64,000 bases of DNA from Caldisericia bacterium (GTDB lineage: Bacteria; Caldisericota; Caldisericia; B22-G15), in contig JAOAHY010000003.1 in NCBI GenBank assembly GCA_026414995.1, forward strand, positions 47,615-111,614, read 5' to 3'. Made by a program: the position numbers and the translations under genes. Positions within the stretch are counted from its first letter, which is position 1, and every line of letters begins with the position of its first letter. The notes under the pieces were generated by a model. The model did not search any database and was not told the DNA's origin. It worked only from the letters and a program-made list of their open reading frames with translations. Shown here piece by piece: positions 58,678 to 64,000 of this stretch.

Positions 58678-61434
58678 TTAAGGAACAGTTGTAATTTTTT
58701 CTATAGTATATGTATATTCATGATCAGCTCGAGTAGGACATTTGCCACAACCTTCAGTTTCGTATATAGTTTTCTGTGTAACTGTTCCATTAATTTTTGG
58801 AGATAAAATATTTTTGCTATCAAATTGGAAACCATTTGGAAATTTACCTGTAAGTATTCCTGTTATTGTATATTTATAATCAGGAAGTAAGGGATCAGTA
58901 AAGGTAATTATTCCAGAAAAATTAATTTTAATATTTCCATCTTTATCATAATTACCATCTACTTTCCAAATTTGACCCTCAAGATGTTTAATTTTACCAT
59001 CTTTAAAATTAATTTTAATATTTGCTCCACTTCCTCCTACAAATTTACAATTAACACAATCATATAAGACAGTTCCTATTGTAAAAATATAATTACCCTC
59101 AAATGGATCTTTTAGACTTATTATTGATTTAAAAATAATATCTTTGTTTGATTCATATTCATATTTTTCTCCAGTATATACAACAACTGGACCACTCTCA
59201 ATATTATCTGGAAGTTTAACTTTAATTTCTCTATTATTCCAACTAACAATTTCTACATTTTTATTTCCAATAATAACTTTACTTTTAGAAGATTTATTTT
59301 TACCAAACATAAATCCATTAATTGTTATTATATCTCCTCCTTTTCCTGATTCTGGATTTATTGATGATATTTTAGGCAATATTGATAAAGTTGCTTTAAT
59401 TATAAATGAATCCCTTATAAAAATATCATTAACAGAAAGTTCCTCCTGAAGACTTGAATAAATAAGTATTTTTTGTTTCCCATCTTTGTCAGAAATATTA
59501 TAATCTATTAAATCTTCAGGTTTATATTTATAGTTATAAGTAATATAAGATGCTTCATTTAATTTTGCTTCATTTATAGTAAATTTTTGAATATTATTGA
59601 CTACTCTTTTCCCTGGATAACCATCATTATCTTCATAAATTATAGTATCAATTTTTATCTCCTTTTTATTAATTGATCCATTATATGCATTTAATGAAAA
59701 ATTTAAAAACTCAATATCATTTGGTATAAAATCTAGTTCTTGATCTTTTCCGAAAAATCTCCAAACATAACCATTCTTTTTATCTGAAGGTTTTATTTGT
59801 AAAAAATACAATGGTGATAATCTTTTTTTAATATCTACATAAAAAGCAATTTCTCCACCTTGCATTGAATAGGCCTCATTTCCACCTGGACACATTAAAG
59901 AAAGACAATCACTAGTAGCAAAAGGTCCTTCTGGATATAATATAAAATAACTTTCGATTTGTAGCTTTCTTGTATGTCTCTCTCTAATCCAATTCCAATC
60001 TCTTATGGTATACATAGTACCATTTTCATTATTTGAAGGGGATACATTTTGTGGGTCGTGAATTATTATTTCTAAACCATTACTTTTATAACCTAAAACT
60101 AGAACTGCATGATCACCCCAACTTAAAATTACAGGATAACCTTTATCAATTTGAGCAAGTGTTCTCCATTTTAGATGTGCAATTCCATAATATGGTATAC
60201 TATTAACTCTATAACCGAGATTTTTACTAATATAATCTCTAAGATTATAAGAAAATACTTCAGCTTTTAAACCAAAATCATTGTCAGGTGTATTCATTGT
60301 TTTAAGAATCTCAAATAGTTTTATATCTTTTCCACCAAATTTTAATAACATTTGCGCACATGTTGATGCACAAGAGCCTCCAATTTGTTCATAATAAGGC
60401 ATTCTAATAATTTTTTCATTTGATTTAGTAGAGTAATAAGGTGTCCATCCAATATAAACTGATAATTTATCCTTTAATCCTAAAACTTTTGAATAACTTT
60501 CTACTACTTTATTTGAAAATAGATAATTTTTATTATTATTATTCAATAAAATTGTAGGAGAAATTTTTATACTCACTAACCCACTATTTGAATCATAACT
60601 ATATTGAAAATCTATCTTTTTATTTTCTTCATGATCATATCCAAAAATATTCAACTCTTCATTTTTTAATCCTTTTGGTCCATTAACAGATAAAGTCAAC
60701 TCTCCTTTTAATTCTTTAAGACCATTTATTTCAATACCTAATGTATCAACAGTTGAAAAAAGTGGATTTATTATTGATTTTAAACTTACTTTTGTCTCTT
60801 TTGAAAATGCATTTGGAGAAACAAGTAGCTTTGTTCCATCAGAAAGAGCAAGTTCTCCTCCTGAAGATGTAAATATCTTTTCTCCTTCACTTGATACTTT
60901 ATTTATTTCAGATGGTACCTCTAACTTATAGTTAATTGTAATTGTTTTTGTATTTCCATCCCACTCTACAACACATCCTAACTCTTCTGTTACAAATCTT
61001 AAAGGCAACATTGTTCTTCCATTTATAATCTGAGGTGGAACATCAAGTTGTTTTGAAGTTCCATTTACTCTTGCACTCTTTTTGTCAATCCAAAGTTCTA
61101 TTGTTGTATCTTTTAATTTAATTATCACCTTTCTTTCATTTCCATTCCACTCTATAGTTCCACCCATCTCCTCAATTATTGCTCTTATTGGAACTAAAGT
61201 TCTTCCTTTTACAATAACTGGCACTGTTCCTCTTCCTGGGTCAATTTCCTTTTTTACTCCATTTACTTGCATATATGGGTTATTGATTTGAAGGATAATT
61301 ATTATTTGATCTAAAGATTGTTGAAGTGATTGACTTTGAAATTTCTGATTTGAGTTTATAGTTTTAAATATAACCATGTGTAGATTAAGATAAAAGAATA
61401 AAAAAATTAACGAGAAAACAATTAATTTTTTCAT
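58678..61434 (-). CDS. Secreted multidomain protein: signal/anchor, copper-amine-oxidase-N-like stalk domain, C39-like cysteine peptidase domain, IPT/TIG-like domain and C-terminal beta domains
   Basis: VKGRTLVPIRAIIEEMGGTIEWNG and INGRTMLPLRFVTEELGCVVEWDG (stalk). YYEQIGGSCASTCAQMLL ... GDHAVLVLGY ... HDPQN (Cys/His/Asp-Asn peptidase). ISSINPESGKGGDIITINGFMFG (IPT/TIG). Confidence 0.7.
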   Translation of the reverse strand: MKKLIVFSLIFLFFYLNLHMVIFKTINSNQKFQSQSLQQSLDQIIIILQINNPYMQVNGVKKEIDPGRGTVPVIVKGRTLVPIRAIIEEMGGTIEWNGNERKVIIKLKDTTIELWIDKKSARVNGTSKQLDVPPQIINGRTMLPLRFVTEELGCVVEWDGNTKTITINYKLEVPSEINKVSSEGEKIFTSSGGELALSDGTKLLVSPNAFSKETKVSLKSIINPLFSTVDTLGIEINGLKELKGELTLSVNGPKGLKNEELNIFGYDHEENKKIDFQYSYDSNSGLVSIKISPTILLNNNNKNYLFSNKVVESYSKVLGLKDKLSVYIGWTPYYSTKSNEKIIRMPYYEQIGGSCASTCAQMLLKFGGKDIKLFEILKTMNTPDNDFGLKAEVFSYNLRDYISKNLGYRVNSIPYYGIAHLKWRTLAQIDKGYPVILSWGDHAVLVLGYKSNGLEIIIHDPQNVSPSNNENGTMYTIRDWNWIRERHTRKLQIESYFILYPEGPFATSDCLSLMCPGGNEAYSMQGGEIAFYVDIKKRLSPLYFLQIKPSDKKNGYVWRFFGKDQELDFIPNDIEFLNFSLNAYNGSINKKEIKIDTIIYEDNDGYPGKRVVNNIQKFTINEAKLNEASYITYNYKYKPEDLIDYNISDKDGKQKILIYSSLQEELSVNDIFIRDSFIIKATLSILPKISSINPESGKGGDIITINGFMFGKNKSSKSKVIIGNKNVEIVSWNNREIKVKLPDNIESGPVVVYTGEKYEYESNKDIIFKSIISLKDPFEGNYIFTIGTVLYDCVNCKFVGGSGANIKINFKDGKIKHLEGQIWKVDGNYDKDGNIKINFSGIITFTDPLLPDYKYTITGILTGKFPNGFQFDSKNILSPKINGTVTQKTIYETEGCGKCPTRADHEYTYTIEKITTVP

Positions 61435-61571
61435 TTTTTCACCTCAAAATAAAAGATTTGAAAGTAATTAAATTATATTAAGACATTATTCTTAATTTTC
61501 TTTAATTACTTTTATGATTTTATTTTAAATTAAATTTGTTATGTTTCAAGGTGAATAATATAATTAAATTA

Positions 61572-61838
61572 ATGGACATTTCTATAAGTGAGAAAATCTT
61601 CGTTGAATTAAACAAAATTGGAGTTTGAGTTTATTTTATATGGAGAGATGAAAAATTTATTATAGATAAAATTTTGTATGAAGAAAGGAAAGTCGATTTA
61701 AAAAGAAAGTGGTATCAAAGAAGACATAAGAAAATTTATGTGGTTAAAACAAAAGAGGGAAGAGTTTTTGAAATATATAAATCTTTAGGTTTTGGGAAAA
61801 GGGAATGGGTTTTATTTAAAGAATTAAAGAACTTTTAA
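61572..61838 (+). pseudogene. Possible decayed small gene: an 88-codon reading frame with an in-frame TGA at 61626-61628
   Basis: MDISISEKIFVELNKIGV-TGA-VYFIWRDEKFIIDKILYEERKVDLKRKWYQRRHKKIYVVKTKEGRVFEIYKSLGFGKREWVLFKELKNF. There is no convincing SD. It lies in an unusually long (455-nt) intergenic region. Confidence 0.2.
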
Positions 61839-61889
61839 TAAAAATTGATAAAATTAAAATATATATAAAAATTAGGGAGGTGAAACTTT

Positions 61890-62276
61890 ATGAATGATGC
61901 AGAAATTATTTTAAAATTAACTGAAATGAGGATGTCAGATAAAATTGATGATGCTTTTATCTGGATGTACACTCAATATAAAGCAGATTCATATGAGGAA
62001 TTCAAAGAGAAATATCCAAGAGGAACCAAAGAGAGAAAATATTTCACAACTGTTTGCAACTTCTTTGAATTATGTGGAGTTCTTGTTTTAAGAGGATATT
62101 TAAATGAAGACCTCTTTTTTGATCTTGGTTTTGGACTTGATATTATGTGGAAAAAAGTAAAACCTATGATGGATGGATTTAGAAAAGAGACAAATGTAAG
62201 AATGTATGAAAATTTTGAACTTCTTTATAAAAAACATGAGGATTGGCTAAAAAGAAATCCACCAAAATTAGGATAG
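61890..62276 (+). CDS. Hypothetical 128-aa protein
   Basis: Strong SD (AGGGAGGTGA) 7 nt before the ATG. No motif recognised. Confidence 0.45.
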   Translation: MNDAEIILKLTEMRMSDKIDDAFIWMYTQYKADSYEEFKEKYPRGTKERKYFTTVCNFFELCGVLVLRGYLNEDLFFDLGFGLDIMWKKVKPMMDGFRKETNVRMYENFELLYKKHEDWLKRNPPKLG

Positions 62277-62297
62277 TTAATGCCTCTTTTATAAAAA

Positions 62298-62720
62298 TTA
62301 TCCTTTTAAAAATTCTTTTATAATATAATCTCTATATTCTTTGTAATCTAGGTAATTATCAATTACATATATGAGAAAATCATAATATTTTTCTTTATTT
62401 CTTGAAAAAAGAAGTTTTCCCTCTTTAAAAACATGATAGAGAAATGTAAATTCTAAATCATTCAAAATAACCAAATCAATTTTAAATCCTTTGAGTTTAT
62501 TTTCAAGTATAATACCCAGTTCAATTATATAATCTAATTTATTTATTTTATCCAATAAATCCTTTTTTAAATAAATACCTATATCTATATCTTCAAATGG
62601 AGTATTCGAGATAAAACTTCCAAATATATATGCAAATTCAATTTCCTTTTTTCTTAAAAGTATTCCCCTTAATTTTGTAAAAATTTTCTTTTTTTCCAAA
62701 CTTTCCAACTGTTTTCTCAT
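62298..62720 (-). CDS. mntA: Minimal nucleotidyltransferase (MNT; MntA-like type VII antitoxin)
   Basis: Pol-beta-type motif FGSFISNTPFEDIDIGIY (GS ... DxD). It lies 8 nt downstream of the HEPN gene. Confidence 0.7.
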   Translation of the reverse strand: MRKQLESLEKKKIFTKLRGILLRKKEIEFAYIFGSFISNTPFEDIDIGIYLKKDLLDKINKLDYIIELGIILENKLKGFKIDLVILNDLEFTFLYHVFKEGKLLFSRNKEKYYDFLIYVIDNYLDYKEYRDYIIKEFLKG

Positions 62721-62728
62721 ACAATTCT

Positions 62729-63142
62729 TTATAAAAGATTTTCAATCTCTTTAATAAAAATTTTTATATCTTGCAAATTTTGTTTTAAAATCTTATATAT
62801 TTCTTTATCATCTACTTTTGTATATAAATGAATTAAGAGATTTCTAAATTTTGTCATTTTTATTAAATTTGTTGATAAAGTTTTATCTATAAAACCTTTT
62901 TCGCCTAATATTTTAAAGCAGTTTCCATAACTTTCAGGAACAATATTATATTTTTTAACAACTATATGATTACAAATATTCATACATGCTTCAATTATAT
63001 TTATTAATCTATATTTGGTAGCATCTATAATTTCCCTATTATTTAAAAATTCTTCTAAACTTATATTTTCATATTTTTCTATTAAATTTAAAATTTCTTT
63101 AATTTCATTAAGTTTTCTAATTATCAAATCTTTATTTATCAT
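62729..63142 (-). CDS. hepT: HEPN-domain (DUF86) protein, HepT-like toxin
   Basis: Rx4H motif in FRNLLIHLY. Length 137 aa. Confidence 0.7.
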   Translation of the reverse strand: MINKDLIIRKLNEIKEILNLIEKYENISLEEFLNNREIIDATKYRLINIIEACMNICNHIVVKKYNIVPESYGNCFKILGEKGFIDKTLSTNLIKMTKFRNLLIHLYTKVDDKEIYKILKQNLQDIKIFIKEIENLL

Positions 63143-63179
63143 ATTTAAATTTTATCATATTAACTATATAATTCTTTTG

Positions 63180-64000
63180 ATGAAAGATTTTGGATTTCAA
63201 TGGCACATTACTGATTTTTGCAATTTAAGATGTAAACATTGTTATCAGGAAAAATTTGATAAAAAGAGCGAACTTCCTTTTGAAAAAATAAAATATATAG
63301 TTGATAAAATTAGCGAAAGTTTAAAAGATAGAAAAATATCAGTAAATATTACAGGAGGAGAACCATTTCTAAGAGAAGATATTTTAGATATAATCTCATA
63401 CATTAATAATAAAGAAAATTTCAAAGAGATAAATATAATAACTAATGGAACGATATTAAATGATGCTATTATAAATTTTTTAGAGAGTATTCAAAAATTT
63501 AAATATCTTAAGGTATCTATAGAGTCTCATAATGAGATTAAAAATGATTTTATAAGAGGAAAAGGAAATTTAGATAAAGTTAAGGAAAATTTAAAAATTT
63601 TAAAGAGTAAATCTTGTAAAAAAATTTTAATAATGATAACTCTTTCTTCTTTAAATTATAAAGAACTTATCTCATTTCTAGAATTTACAAAATCTCTTAA
63701 TGTTGATGGTGTTATACTTGAAAGGTTTGTTCCTTTGGGAAGAGGAAAAGAACTATTTAATTATTTTTTAAAAAAAGAAGAATGGAAAGAAGTAATGAGA
63801 GAAATAATTTATTTTCTTGATATTAATATTTCTTACATAGAACTTATTCCATATAAAGCATTTTGGATAGATTTACAAAACAATAAAATTAAGGGTGCTC
63901 TTTGCAATCTTGGAGATGAGGCAATAGCTCTTATGCCAGATGGAACAATTTATCCATGCAGAAGATTAACTATACCTTATGGAAATATATTAACTGATGA
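63180..64000 (+). CDS. Radical SAM enzyme with a SPASM/twitch-like C-terminal extension, 3'-truncated by the window edge (not in the ORF track)
   Basis: Hand translation from the ATG at 63180: MKDFGFQWHITDFCNLRCKHCY (CX3CX2C) ... ITGGEPFL ... ALCNLGDEAIALMPDGTIYPCRRL. The frame is open to nt 64000. Confidence 0.75.
   Translation, partial: MKDFGFQWHITDFCNLRCKHCYQEKFDKKSELPFEKIKYIVDKISESLKDRKISVNITGGEPFLREDILDIISYINNKENFKEINIITNGTILNDAIINFLESIQKFKYLKVSIESHNEIKNDFIRGKGNLDKVKENLKILKSKSCKKILIMITLSSLNYKELISFLEFTKSLNVDGVILERFVPLGRGKELFNYFLKKEEWKEVMREIIYFLDINISYIELIPYKAFWIDLQNNKIKGALCNLGDEAIALMPDGTIYPCRRLTIPYGNILTD

Noticed and set aside
61626-61628. In-frame TGA as selenocysteine or a reassigned codon
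   Set aside because: TGA clearly terminates well-supported genes in this window (e.g. nnr at 12681-12683 and plsY at 54270-54272). I saw no SECIS-like hairpin immediately downstream. Pseudogene decay is the simpler explanation.

Overview
This is a 64-kb piece of a very AT-rich (about 30% GC, judged by eye) and extremely gene-dense bacterial chromosome. GC-rich tRNAs and GC-rich hairpins stand out against the AT-rich background. Together with a membrane pyrophosphatase, a ferredoxin-dependent 2-oxoacid oxidoreductase and butyrate kinase/phosphotransbutyrylase genes, this suggests an anaerobic, probably thermophilic organism. The taxon cannot be assigned without searches. I can support about 64 protein genes, a 4-tRNA cluster (Val-Asp-Gly-Thr), three GC-rich hairpins (two of them terminators) and a few promoters/operators. 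I saw no rRNA, CRISPR array, transposase, integrase or prophage genes. Most content is housekeeping: murA/wecB/GT4 envelope genes, upp, prmC-prfA, tdk, rho, hppA, surE, topoisomerase III, HtrA, Trk, UvdE, RecN, FabG, NadE and Nnr. All family names come from motifs read in the translations, not from database searches. The best candidate for something unusual is a translationally coupled archaeal-style Mre11-NurA-HerA-Rad50 operon (5259-11050) whose Rad50 is cut into three ORFs, each with its own Shine-Dalgarno (SD) sequence, right after the zinc hook. Other items worth a second look:
- An amino-acid fermentation supercluster (buk-ptb-gdh-buk-[P-loop NTPase]-2-oxoacid:ferredoxin oxidoreductase DABG) that contains an uncharacterised GPN-loop-like NTPase.
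- A three-segment SD-sequestering leader in front of a 79-aa coiled-coil ORF.
- hppA starting 25 nt after a CCA-less tRNA-Thr.
- An SDR with both catalytic Tyr and Lys replaced.
- A csoR-copA operon with a recognisable operator and an unlisted 57-aa YHS/TRASH ORF.
- A fakB-plsY-fakA operon.
- A MoxR-DUF58-transglutaminase operon.
- Two giant stalk-domain surface proteins, one carrying a C39-like peptidase.
- A reversed-order HepT-MntA pair next to a truncated radical SAM/SPASM gene.
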